From Eledone cirrhosa (taxonomy: Eukaryota): DNA of 64,000 nucleotides. Numbering within the stretch: the first letter of the stretch is position 1; each line of letters starts with the position of its first letter. The translations under genes and the position numbers were made by a program. The notes under the pieces are model-generated. The model was given only the letters and a program-made list of their open reading frames with translations, had not been told where the DNA came from and did no database searches. The DNA is taken from assembly GCA_964016885.1 (NCBI GenBank), contig OZ024745.1, positions 104,098,001 through 104,162,000 on the forward strand, in the 5' to 3' direction. Below are positions 39,469 to 51,290 of this stretch, piece after piece.

Positions 39469-39469
<1 letters not shown>
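38556..39469 (+). mobile_element. Non-coding retrozyme-like element: 76-bp inverted arm + 593-nt unit + 245-bp direct repeat, in (TA)n
   Basis: 38556-38631 is the reverse complement of 38632-38707; 38632-38876 is repeated at 39225-39469; an HHR lies at the unit junction. Confidence 0.8.
39139..39231 (+). ncRNA. Type I hammerhead ribozyme with degenerate core
   Basis: cctc-TTGATAA(=CTGATGA)-gtcggca...tgccac-GAAAC-TACGTA-GTC^-gagg; palindromic stem III loop; two core substitutions. Confidence 0.7.
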
Positions 39470-39503
<34 letters not shown>

Positions 39504-39692
39504 CTGTGTGTGTTCGTGCATAGAACTGAAAAAAGACAGAAGTCAAACATAGGTAGTTAGTTAGATCATTGTTTTATGATCATTTCAGAGAGTTGATTGA
39601 TCGTTGGAGATCGATGTATCGACTAGCATGGTTGTGGTTAAGCTACTACCCATTCTCTAGTCTCTCGTTCTCTCTCTCTCTCTATATATATA

Positions 39693-42600
39693 TATCATCA
39701 TCGTTTAACGTCCATCTTCCACGCTAGCATGGGTTTGGACGGGAATTTTCCCACTTGAGGCAAGATTCGTTGTCTTGCTCGTATAGGACTGTCTGGCGAG
39801 TTTTCTACGGTTGGATGCCCTTCCTAACACCAACTACGTTTACAGTGTGGACTGGGAGGTTTTTACCTACATGGCCACATTACAGCGTGGACTGTGTGTT
39901 TTTTTGTCATGACACCTACACGACCTCATTTATTTAGGACTGGATGTTGAGGCACCAACATAACTTTACAGAGAAAGGGGTGGTGTGGATGGGGTGGGGG
40001 TAGTGGAACGGGGGTGTATTTTGTTAGAGGTGCCTACTGACTGTAGGTTTTGCTTTGTACTTAGGCAAGGCGGGTCTTCTGTATTACTGTTTAGTGCCAA
40101 AGATCTCGGTCCAGTGACATTGTCTTGGAGGGGTGTAAGTGTGTGAGGTCGGAATTTATCAAGTCGTCCCAAGTTTTTCTGGGTCTGCCTACTCTGTGGC
40201 TACCGTCTATTTTTATCGCCCTGCACTTTTTTATACAGCTGTCGTCTTTCATGCGCATCACGTGACCATACCAACGTAGTCTTCTCTCGAGTAAACAGCA
40301 TCTGATCCCTCTTATTCCTAATTTCTCACTTAGTTCATTTATGCTTTGCCGTTCACGTATATTACTATTACACATCCAGCGGAGCATGCAACCTTCGTTC
40401 CTCTCCAGTCTGCGTATATCCTCTGCACACAATGCCCAAGTCTCACTGCCATGTAACATTGCTGTTCATATGCAGGCATCATACAGCCTGCCTTTCATTT
40501 TTAGAGAGAAACCTTTAGCGGCCAATAGTGGTATAATCTCTCTGAACTTTTTCCATCCTGTTCTGATTCTAGCTACTGTACTTTAAGAGCTCCCTCCACC
40601 ACTGCTGATTTTGTCACCCAGGTAACGGAAGATGTCCACTATTTCTATAGAACCATCTGTGCAATGGAATGAGCTAGTATTCTGTGGGCACTTGCTGCTA
40701 CTTAGTGTACCTGAGCACCGGCCACATATAAAATCTATATTCTTAGTTAGCTTACCTGTGATCCCACTACATCTTTTATGCACCCATACTTTGCATTTGG
40801 GACATAAAATGGAGTTTCTGCCTACTCCTTTCCTACATACTGAGCATGGCCATTTCCCAGATGGGACCAGTGCCCTATTTTCCTTCCTACATACTAGAAC
40901 TTTAGTCTTAGACAGGTTAATTTTAAGGCCTTTTGATTCTAGGCCATGCTTCCATGTTTGGAATTTCTTCTCTAGTTCAGCCATTGATTCAGCTATGAGC
41001 GTTAGATCATCTGCGTATAGGAGTTCCCATGGGCAGCCGGCCTTGAACTCCTCTGTTATAGACTGAAGGGCAATAATAATTAGGAGGGGGCTAAGGACGG
41101 AGCCCTGATGAACACCAACTTTTACGCTAAACTCTTCACTATATTCGTTGTTAATTCTAACCTTGCTGACTGTTTCTTTATACATGGCTTGTATAGCTCT
41201 CACAAGCCATTCATCTACACCTAGTTTTCTAAGAGCCCACCAGATAATGGAGCAGGGGACTCTGTCAAAGGCCTTTCTCCAGGTCTACAAAAGCTAAGTA
41301 TAGGGGTTTACTTTTAGCTAGGTACTTCTCCTGTAGTTGTCGTACAATGAAAAGAGCGTCTGTGGTACTTTTACCTGACACAAACCCGAACTGCATTTCA
41401 TCTAGATCAATTCGCTCTCTGATTAGTTGCGCTATTACTTTTTCTGTGACCTTCATGACCTGGTCAATTAATTTAATGCCTCTATAGTTACCCCTATCTA
41501 GGGCATCTCCTTTACCCTTGTAGCAGTTAATGATGATGCTGCTACGCCAGTCCTTCGGTACGACCCCATTCTGTATGACTTGGTTTACTATCCGGGTGAC
41601 CATAGTGTGTCCCACCGTTCCAGATGCTTTCAGCATTTTAGCAACTAATTCCGAAGGCCCAGCCGCCTTACCCATCTTCATATCTTTGATTGCCTTACTT
41701 ATTATACTACCTTCGACTAACACTGCTGGTCTCTCTATTGGATCGATGTGGGGGAGACTGTCTTTCTCCCATTTATTCTCCTCATTTAGTAGCCTTTCGT
41801 AGTGACACTTCCAAGCTACCTTCTTATCAGTGTCAGTGATGGCAAGTACACCATCATCATTAAGGACACACTTCTCCCCGACAATATCATGGTTTTCCTT
41901 GACACATTGCCTAGCAGTCCTGAACACCTTACGTTTTTGGTCCTCGCGTTGTAGAACATGCTTGAACTTTCTTTCCTCTGCTTCCCTTCTTGCGAAGTAT
42001 ACTTCTCTCCTAGCTTCCCTCCTGGCCCCTTGATAGTCTTCTCTACTTCCTCCCTCCCGCCATACTTTCCAAGCCTGCTTTTTGGCCTTGATTGACTCCT
42101 CCACCTTACTGTTCCACCACCAAGTTACTCTCCTCTTGCCTATAGGTCTGCTTCAGCCACAGATTTCACCTGTCGCCTTCAGCAGGTTAGCTTTCAGGAA
42201 TTCCCACTGTTCCTTTATATTGTACGACTCTAATTGCTCTTCCTTACTGTCAAAAGCATCAAGTAATATGCTTTTAAATTTATTACTGGTTGTGGGGTCC
42301 TTTAGCTTCCATATTTTTCTCCTGAGGATAGTCCTCCTCTGTTGTCAAGTACGTCTCGTCTTGACTATGAGGTCACTAACTATGAGTCTATGTTGGGAGG
42401 TGCATTCTTCATGGGGGAGGGATTTAGTGTTTACAACAGACACTCTGTCACGTCTTCTTGTAAGGATATAATCTATCTGACTGGCGTGTTTCCCTGATCT
42501 ATAGGTGATCAAGTGTTTGTCTCGTTTTTTGAAGTTAGTGTTACAGATAGTTAGGTTATTTGCGTCACAGAATTCCAGAATTCTGGAGCCTTCCTCATTT

Positions 42601-43032
42601 CTAGTACCAAACACATAGCCGCCATGGATTCCGTCATAGCCGTCACAATGTTGTCCAACGTGACCATTTAGGTCACCAGCGATAATTATGTAGTCACTGT
42701 CGGTTATTTGGGAGGTAGTTAGCATTAACGACTCATAGAATCTGTCTTTTATAACGCCAGGCACTCCGGATTGGGGTGCATACGCAGATATTATTGTCAC
42801 AGTAGTTCTATTTAGGACAAGTCTTATTTTAATTATTCTGTCGTTCACTCTATTTACGTCTATTATCTTATCTGCCCATTTTTCTGCTAGCATGATTCCT
42901 GCACCACCCAGCCCATTGTCTTTTCCCACCCAGAAAAGCTTATAGCATCGTTTTTTACTCACAATGAATCTAGCAGACCCACCCCTCCACCTAGTCTCTT
43001 GAATACAGCAAACATCGACCTCCTTACGTTCA
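39693..43032 (-). mobile_element. RTE LINE, nearly full ORF (APE + RT + PHD finger), frameshifted
   Basis: CCIQETRW, AGDLNGHVG, SQIDY, SQHRL, NYRGIKL, AFVDLEK, GVHQGSVLSP, LYADD; (GAT)n tail. Confidence 0.93.
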
Positions 43033-43107
43033 ATACAATATATATATATACAATACATATATATATATATACAATATATATATATATATATATATACAAT
43101 ATATATG

Positions 43108-43274
43108 TAGATCCCGGGTTAAATCGGGGATAACCACAGTAAGCAGGGTACTCAATACATAGCAGAGTAAAAGTAATTTAATATAGAAATGGCTTCTACA
43201 GGACTAGAACTGTTTCATTCTGATGATTTCCTCCGAATGAAACAGTTCTAGTCCTGTAGAAGCCATTTCTATAT
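43108..43274 (-). mobile_element. Fold-back fragment (arms 43181-43220 / 43235-43274) with HHR 3' half; non-inverted copy at 45895-45963
   Basis: GAAAC agttcta GTC motif in both arms; TA flanks. Confidence 0.65.
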
Positions 43275-43279
43275 ATACA

Positions 43280-43314
<35 letters not shown>

Positions 43315-43380
43315 CAATATATATATATATACAATATATATATATATACACAATATATATATATATATATATTGTATATA

Positions 43381-44735
43381 GAATAAGTAAAAGCGAAGTA
43401 GTTTCAGATGTTCAAGTCCTTTAATAATAATGCTGTGATATATATTTCAATGACGACACTTGCCACACTGTTGTGTGTGCGAGTGTCGTAACGTCATCAG
43501 ACAGCTTGTTTCATAACAAGGTTATGTTTCCGAGGCAATCCAAGTTGAATCGACATGGGAACGGACGAAGTATGTGCTTTTGGGTTCTTCATCCGTTCCC
43601 TTGTGAGTACCAATTCACCCCCACCGGTCTGCGCAGGCGCATGTCCGAAGGAAGTTGACCATTAGCTACAGCAGATTTCAACGAAATTCGCTTAGTCAGT
43701 TCACCCTCTCAGCCAAACAATGACCCATTTAGGCCTGTACCATAGTTTACTGCTACCCGTCCCCTCTGTGACAGTCAGCCGAAAGCCAGAGGGGACGGGA
43801 GAGTGTTAGTTTTTACAGGTCACAATACTACCTCTCACCAAGCATGGACAGTACGACTGACCATCAACTCCCAAGAGAAAATATACTTAATTCTAGGTTT
43901 CATGGTTTTACATTGGAAGTTATGAGTGAGAGTTGGAAATAAAAATTAAAATCCTAAATCAAAAATCAGAAATTATAAATTAAACAATTAAAAAATTAAC
44001 AATTTGAAATTAAAAAATTTTTCAAGTGAAAATCCGGATTGAGGTGAGTAAAAAAACATGTAGATTGAAGTGAGTAAATAATATGGAGAGAGATGTTTAA
44101 GTAAGAAGTTCTGAGAGGGGTTCCAATGTCACAGTTACACTATCCACATATTGAACGATAGCGCCGTACATTAGAACGGAGGGTAAGCTACAGTATTCAA
44201 GGCAGTAGTCAATCTGGTACACAGTCATAATTTCCATCACATGGAACAAAACCAAAGAAAAACAGATATAAAGTACACAAAAGAAAAGAACCAATAATGA
44301 ATAAATACAAAAACACAGAGTACATATATGCAAAATGCTCCATATGATTGTCAATTTGTCAATGTATAGATTGAATTGAGGGGGCTTCTGTTCAAAAGCG
44401 ATTTGGTGCAGGAAAATATGGGTTTATCTTAGTTTTTGTTTCCGCGTATTTATCCTGCCGAAAGTTACTATTATGTCCATCCACTATCAGGGGTTTCCAT
44501 CCCCTCGGAAACATAACCTTATTATGTAACAAGCTGTCTGATGATGTCACAACACTCGCACACAGAACAGTGTGGCCAGTGTCGTCATTGAAATATATAT
44601 CACAGCATTATTATTAAAGGACTTGAACATCTGAAACTACTTCGCTTTTACTTATTCGATATTTACTCCGTCACTCCTATGGGGAAAAAGTACGTTGAGT
44701 GCTTGAATTGAATTGCATCAATGTTTACCCTAAGT
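43381..44735 (+). mobile_element. 1.35-kb non-coding element with 155-bp HHR-containing inverted repeats (43381-43535 / 44503-44657) and a tail, in (TA)n
   Basis: Arm coordinates sum to 88038; no credible ORF in the ~970-bp spacer. Confidence 0.82.
44533..44606 (+). ncRNA. Type I hammerhead ribozyme (mirror 43432-43505, - strand)
   Basis: gctgt-CTGATGA-long stem II-GAAA-TATATA-TC^-acagc; core intact in both arms, palindromic stem III. Confidence 0.85.
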
Positions 44736-44739
44736 ATAT

Positions 44740-44787
<48 letters not shown>

Positions 44788-44802
44788 ATATATATATATA
44801 TA

Positions 44803-45652
44803 CTTATACCACTATTGACCGCTAAAGGTTTCTCTCTAAAAATGAAAGGCAGGCTGTATGATGCCTGCATACGAACAGCAATGTTACATGGCAGTGAGAC
44901 CTGGGCATTGTGTGCAGAGGATATACGCAGACTGGAGAGAAACGAAGCTTGCATGCTCCGCTGGATGTGTAATAGTAATATACGTGAACGGCAAAGCATA
45001 AACGAACTAAGGGAGAAATTAGGAATAAGAGGCATCAGATGTTGTTTACTCGAGAGAAGACTACGTTGGTACGGTCACACGCATGAAAGACGACAGCTGT
45101 ATAAAAAAGTGCAGGGCGATAAAAATAGACAGTAGCTACGGAGTAGGCAGACCCAGGAGAACCTGGGATGACTTGATAAATTCCGACCTCACACACTTAC
45201 ACCTCTCCAAGACAATGTCACTGGACCGAGATCTTTGGCGCTACACAGTTATACAGAAGACCCACCTTGCCTAAGTACAAAGCGAAACCTACAGTCAGTA
45301 GGCACCTCTAACAAAATACACCCCGTCCCACTACCCCCACCCCATCCACACCACCCACTTAAATGTGAAGTTATGTTGGTACCACAACATCCAGTCCGAA
45401 ACAAATGAGGTCGTGTAGGTGTCACGACAAAAAAACACAGTCCACGCTGTAATGTGGCCATGTAGGTAACACGGTAAAAACCTCCCAGTACACACTGTAA
45501 ACGTGGTTGGTGTTGGGAAGGGTATCCAGCCGTAGAAAACCTGCCAGACAGTCCTATGCGAGCAGGACAACCAATCTTGCCTCAAGTGGGAAAACTCCCA
45601 TCCAAACCTATGCAGGCGTGGAAGATGGACGTTAAACGATGATGATGATGAT
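44803..45652 (+). mobile_element. RTE LINE 3' fragment, same subfamily as 39693-43032 but in opposite orientation
   Basis: MLHGSETWALCAEDIRRLERNE shared; 3' UTR and (GAT)n tail. Confidence 0.9.
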
Positions 45653-45688
45653 ATTGTATATATATACACAATATATATATATATATAT

Positions 45689-45724
<36 letters not shown>

Positions 45725-46056
45725 ATATATACAATATATATTTATATATGCAATATATATATATATATATATATACAATATATATATATATACAATAAGT
45801 ATTGAAGTTTCCGTTGAAAATTGAAAAAGTCATAGAAGTGAAGAGTGCTCTATGTAAGTTACAGAGCTAAATTTAATGTATAATAAACAATACAATCAGA
45901 AAGCAGCTTTCTGATGATTTCCTCTGAATGAAACAGTTCTAGTCCTGTAGAAGCCATTTCTATATATACAATATATATATATATATATACAATTTATATA
46001 TATATATATATTGGATGTATATACAATATATATATATACAATATATATATATATAC

Positions 46057-48327
46057 ATGGTGGGCACGGTTACGGCTCAAGAAATGAAGAAGGAGTGAGA
46101 CTTCTTGAATTTTGTGATGCAGGTACACTGACTATTTGCAACACAAACTTCCGGAAACCTGCCAATCATCTAATAACCTACAAATCTGGCGAGCACATAA
46201 GCCAGATTGACTTCTTACTAGTTAGGCAGCGGGACAGGCAGATAGTGTCTAATACCAAGGCATACCCTGGGGAAGAATGTACCCCACAGCATAGGTTAGT
46301 CGTTAGTGATATCTCAGTAAGCAAGAGATGGAATGAGACATACAAGAAGGTGTGGAGAAGAAAGGTCTGGCAGCTAAAAGACCTTTCAGTAAAATACAAA
46401 TTTAGGAAAGTCCTTCAAGATGTATATGACGAAAAAGAAGACGATTTAGAGATGTATGACATAGATAATAACTGGAATTTCTTACGTGACAACTTGCTGC
46501 AGGCTACTGATGAAATTTGTGGCTGGAGCAGAGCTCCAACCAGACAGAGAGTGACCTGGTGGTGGAACAGCACAGTAGATAAGGCCATTAGAGACAAAAG
46601 ACTAGCATGGAAGGCTTGGAAAAAGGGGTGGGAGTAGGGAAGAATATACAGCCGCTAAAAGAGAAGCTAGACGTCAGGTGTACTTAGCACGCAGGGAGGC
46701 TGAGAGTAGGAGGTTTGCCAATGTTCTGCGACGGGAAGATCAGAGGCGTGCGGTGTTCATACATTGCAAGGCAGTGTCAAATCAGGATGTTGTTGGAGAT
46801 AAATGTGTCCGGGATGATGCCGGTGTACTTAGTGTCACGAATGATCAGAAAAAGGAGGCCTGGAAATGTCATTATGAGAGACTGATGAATGTGGAGAACG
46901 AATGGGAGAGAGAGAAAGGATATTAGCACAATTAATTAGAGAAAGGGTCAAACTAGATGAGATGCAGTTTGCTTTTGTGCCTGGGAAGAGTACAACAGAT
47001 GCCCTCTTCTTGGTGAGACAATTGCAAGAGAGGTTCTTATAGAAAAATTAGCCACTATACTTAGCCTGTGTTGACCTAGAGAAGGCCTTTGATAGGGTAC
47101 CCTGATCAGTCATCTGGTGGTCCCTAAGGAAGCTAGGTGTTGAGGAATGGCTTGTGAGGACAGTGCAAACTTTGTACAGAGATACTCTCAGTAAAGTCAG
47201 GGTAGGAATGGAGTTTAGTGAGGAATTCCAGATACAAGTAGGAGTACATCAAGGTTCGGTCCTCAGCCCACTCTTGTTCATTATAGTCCTCCAAGCCGTA
47301 ACAGAGGAGTTTAAGACTGGCTGTCCATGGGAACTTCTCTATGCTGATGATCTGGTTCTTATAGCAGAGAATAAATTCTGGCTATGGAAAGAGCAATTGG
47401 AAGCAAGAGGACTGAGAGTGAACCTAGCTAAGACAAAAGTGTTGATGAGTAGAAAAGAGGACAAAACTCTGATTCCGTCAGGGAAATGGCCATGTTCGAT
47501 ATGCAGAAAAGGAACTGGCATAAATTCTATAAAATGCACACAATGCAGATCCTGGGTACACAAGAGATGTAACGGGATAGCAGGCAAACTAACAGGTAGG
47601 GAGAAATATGTATGCAGTAGATGTACAGGGAAATTAGACAGTAGAAGTCGCATTGATAGACACATTTTTCAAATGCAAGAGGGCGCTATAGAAGTGGTGG
47701 ATAGCTTCCGGTACCTAGGAGATCAGATTAGCATGGGAGGAGGGTATTCCGAGGCCATAGTATCTAGAATAAGGATGGGTTGGAAGAAGTTTAGGGAGCT
47801 GCTTTCTCTGCTGATGAAGAAGGGTTTCTCCCTGCGTACGAAAGGCCGGTTGTATGATGCCTGTGTGAGGAGCGCGATGCTGCATGGTAGTGAGACATGG
47901 GCAGCAACTGCAGAGTATATGTGACGGATGGAGAGAAATGAGGCAAGCATGCTATGTTGGATGTGCAGTGTAAATGTGTGTGAATGACCCAGCATGAATG
48001 TGTTGAGAGAGAAACTGTGTCTGAGAGGGATAGAATGTTGTGTACGGGAGAGGAGACTGAGGTGGTATTGACATGTCATGTGCATGGAGGATGACTGATG
48101 GGTGAAGAAGTGCCAGGAAATGCTAGTTGAAGGAAGACGTGGTAGAGGTAGACCATGAAAAACATGGGCGGAGGTGGTGAGAACAGACCTCAGATCGTTG
48201 AAGCTCACGGTGGAGATGACGAAGGACCGTGACGAGTGGAGAGATGCTGTGCTGAATAAGACCCGTCCCACCCTTGCAAGCAGGGAAAAGCGGACGTAAA
48301 ATGATGATGATGATGATGATGATGATA
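46057..48327 (+). mobile_element. RTE LINE (second subfamily), internally deleted, with multiple stops
   Basis: SQIDF, PQHRL, GVHQGSVLSP, LYADD, PHD cysteine pattern, (GAT)n tail. Confidence 0.9.
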
Positions 48328-48384
<57 letters not shown>

Positions 48385-48720
48385 AAGGCACATGGCTTAG
48401 TGTTTAGAGCATTAGGCTTGCAATCGAAAGGTTGTGAGTTCAATTCTCAGACCGGGTGATGTGTTGTTTCCTTGAGCAAGACACTTATTTCACATTGCTC
48501 CAGTTTACTCAGTTGTAGAAATGAGATGATAGGGACTGGGGTTCCTATCATTCCACTGCAAAGTGGTCGTGGAGGCGCCACGGCAAAAAAGGCACCCAGC
48601 ACTCACTGTAAATGATGTTGGTGTTAGGAAGGGCATCCAGCTGTAGAAATCAAGCCAGAATCAGTTCCCGTCCCACCCTTGCAAGCAGGGAAGGGCGGAC
48701 GTAAAATGATGATGATGATG

Positions 48721-48751
<31 letters not shown>

Positions 48752-48825
48752 ATATATATATATATATATATAAAACACTGCCTCTTTTATTTATGTTTAT
48801 TCATTTCTACCTTTATACCTTACAG

Positions 48826-49068
48826 CTGTTTATGGACAAAGATACAGTGATAAATGCTGTGACAACATCGCATGAGATGCACTTACTAAAGATTGACAAC
48901 GAAGAAGAGAAAATGTCCAAACGAATAAAGCAGTGGATAATGACTTTGCTTAAGCAAATTCATGATGAAGAAGAAGTGCAACGTAACCGGTCCCGCATCA
49001 TTGAAATCACTAACCTGGTTGACCATTTAAGGGAAGCTATTGACAATTTGGAAGGAACATTGGGCTAG
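48826..49068 (+). CDS. DRC3: DRC3 terminal coding exon (LFMDKDTVINAVTTSHEMHLLKIDN...LEGTLG*)
   Basis: tacag acceptor; matches the DRC3 C-terminus LFVDKDTIVNAVGASHDIHLLKIDNREDE...RNRKRVKEI; TAG stop. Confidence 0.95.
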   Translation: MFMDKDTVINAVTTSHEMHLLKIDNEEEKMSKRIKQWIMTLLKQIHDEEEVQRNRSRIIEITNLVDHLREAIDNLEGTLG

Positions 49069-49271
49069 AAATATCCCATGCTCTATGAACAGATACATGA
49101 TTTCAGCAGCATATTTGATTACCTTTTAATTTTTTTACACTTCAATTAATCATGTGTGTACATTAACACATATACATATATACTTACACACAAAAAACAC
49201 ACACATACATACACATATATACATCCATCTATCCGTCCATATACATACATCCATATATACATACATACATA

Positions 49272-49318
<47 letters not shown>

Positions 49319-49648
49319 TACGTCGATACATGCATACATACTCATGCATACACACATACACACACACACACATACTTACATATAAGAATATGACACATGT
49401 ATGTATGTATGAATGTAAGTATTTATGTATGTACGCACACACATATATATAAATATACACACAGATACCTATGTACGTACATAAATACTTACACGCATAC
49501 ATACATGCAGACACAGGCATACACACACATCTGATGAGTGCTACACTACTACAATAAGACATCTCTTATGTGGTATGATGTGATGGGAAGTTAGCATTCA
49601 TCACAAGTATTATACTATAATATGTGTGTGTGTGTGTTTATATATTAA

Positions 49649-49756
49649 AATAAAGCACACTCATCATGAGACACCATTTTGTAATAGTACAGGAAGTGGT
49701 ATTGCTATGAAGAAAGACAAAAGAGTTCTCTAGATAGTTTTCTCCCTTCCAATAAA
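49649..49756 (+). terminator. Candidate DRC3 polyadenylation signals (AATAAA at 49649 and 49751)
   Basis: Hexamers 0.6-0.7 kb after the stop codon; the AT-rich background makes this weak. Confidence 0.3.
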
Positions 49757-49814
49757 GTGTGTTGTCATTTATACAATGAATATATTTCATTGAAATAGTA
49801 TATCAGAGATTTAT

Positions 49815-51290
49815 TTCTTCTTCTTTCTTATTCTTCGCCCACTTTTTCCTGGGAGGGTCGTTGGGGCAGAGTCCTCAAGCACCTCCCTCCACCGGGTCCT
49901 GTCAGAAGCAACTATCTCTAACTGATCCAGCTGGATCCCCAAGTATGACCAGCCAAGCTCATGGATGTTATCCAACCATCTTGTTCAGGGTCTGCTCTGG
50001 ATCTCCTACTTGTTGGTTTTACCCATAAAATCTGTCCAGTGATTCTTTTCCTGAGATATTCTAACCACATACCCATAGTATCAGAGCTGTGATCTCTCAA
50101 TTCGGAAAAGTAACAATTCCACCTGGAGTGACTCTCTAATTTCAGAGCTATGCACTTTATTGAGTAACATTTCTCCAAAGAGCCTTTGGAGGAATCCCAT
50201 TTTGGTCGCTTGTATTCACGATTGTATTCTTTTGGACATTACCCAAGATTCATGACACAGAAACCGAATTGAAGATAATGAGTTTGGCTTTTATGCCTAC
50301 CTCCCTTCTGATTACTGAATACTGAAGCTGGCGCATTATTGTACCAGCTTTTGCAATTCTTTCACTTAATTCAGCCTCTTGCCTTCCATCACTCGTTAAC
50401 ATGGCCTTGAGATACTTGAACTTCTCTACCTGCTTCAGTGGAATTCCATTCACATGTACAGTGTTCTGCACAGGCTTCCTTGAGCAGACGCGTGTCTCAG
50501 TTTTTGTAGCACTGATTTTCATTCCAGCCATGCAGCACTCGGCATCAAACCTATCATGTGCAAGTCGGAGATCATCTTATGTCAAGTTAAGTAACACCAT
50601 GTTGTCTGCAAATTCCAGCTGACTGATTTTACACCTGCCAATCATGATTGAGCATATCATGGCCAACCTGGCTGAGCATATCAATCCTGTTCATGTAAAT
50701 AAAGAACAGGAGAGGTGACACTACGCACCTTTGGCAGAGTCTGACTCCCACATTGAATGGTTTCAATTTAGCACCATTTATCCGAACACAAATACTCAGG
50801 CATTCATATAAAGACATCAAGGCAGCAAGAAGCTGACCATCAATCCCATACCCCTGCACAGCCTTCCACCGCAGTTCCCAAGGAATGAGATCATATGCTT
50901 TCTCCAGCTCGAAAAAAACAAGAATATACTTCTTGGCAATACTCCCATGATTTCTTGAATACCTGCCACAGTGTGAATATTTGGTCAGCTGTGATGCATC
51001 CAGGGCGAAAACCTCACTGTTCATCAGCTAGCTTGGACTCAACAATCTTCCTGCATCTCTTTGTCAGACACTTAGCATTGACTTTACTGGGGAGGCTTAA
51101 TAAAGAGATCCCTCTGTAATTGGAACAATCTCTCTTGTCCTCCTTTTTGAAAATTGGGATTATCACTCCCGATTGCCATTGCTTAGGTACCTTTCTAGAG
51201 ATCCAGGCCACTTGGCACACACGAGTCAGGCAGAGAATACCTTCTCTATTTAAGGCTTTTAACATCTCAGGCTGGATTTCATCTTCTCCA
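49815..51290 (-). mobile_element. Degenerate RTE LINE (third family)
   Basis: DCSNYRGISLLS, ELEKAYD, VVSPLLF, VEKFKYL fragments. Confidence 0.82.

Noticed and set aside
43220-43260. Apparent complete + strand hammerhead CTGATGA-tttcctccgaat-GAAAC...GTC (also 45911-45950)
   Set aside because: The copy at 45895 suggests this CTGATGA is the 3' strand of a long stem II (atcagaaagc/gctttctgat), and stem I does not pair; treated as an HHR 3' half only.
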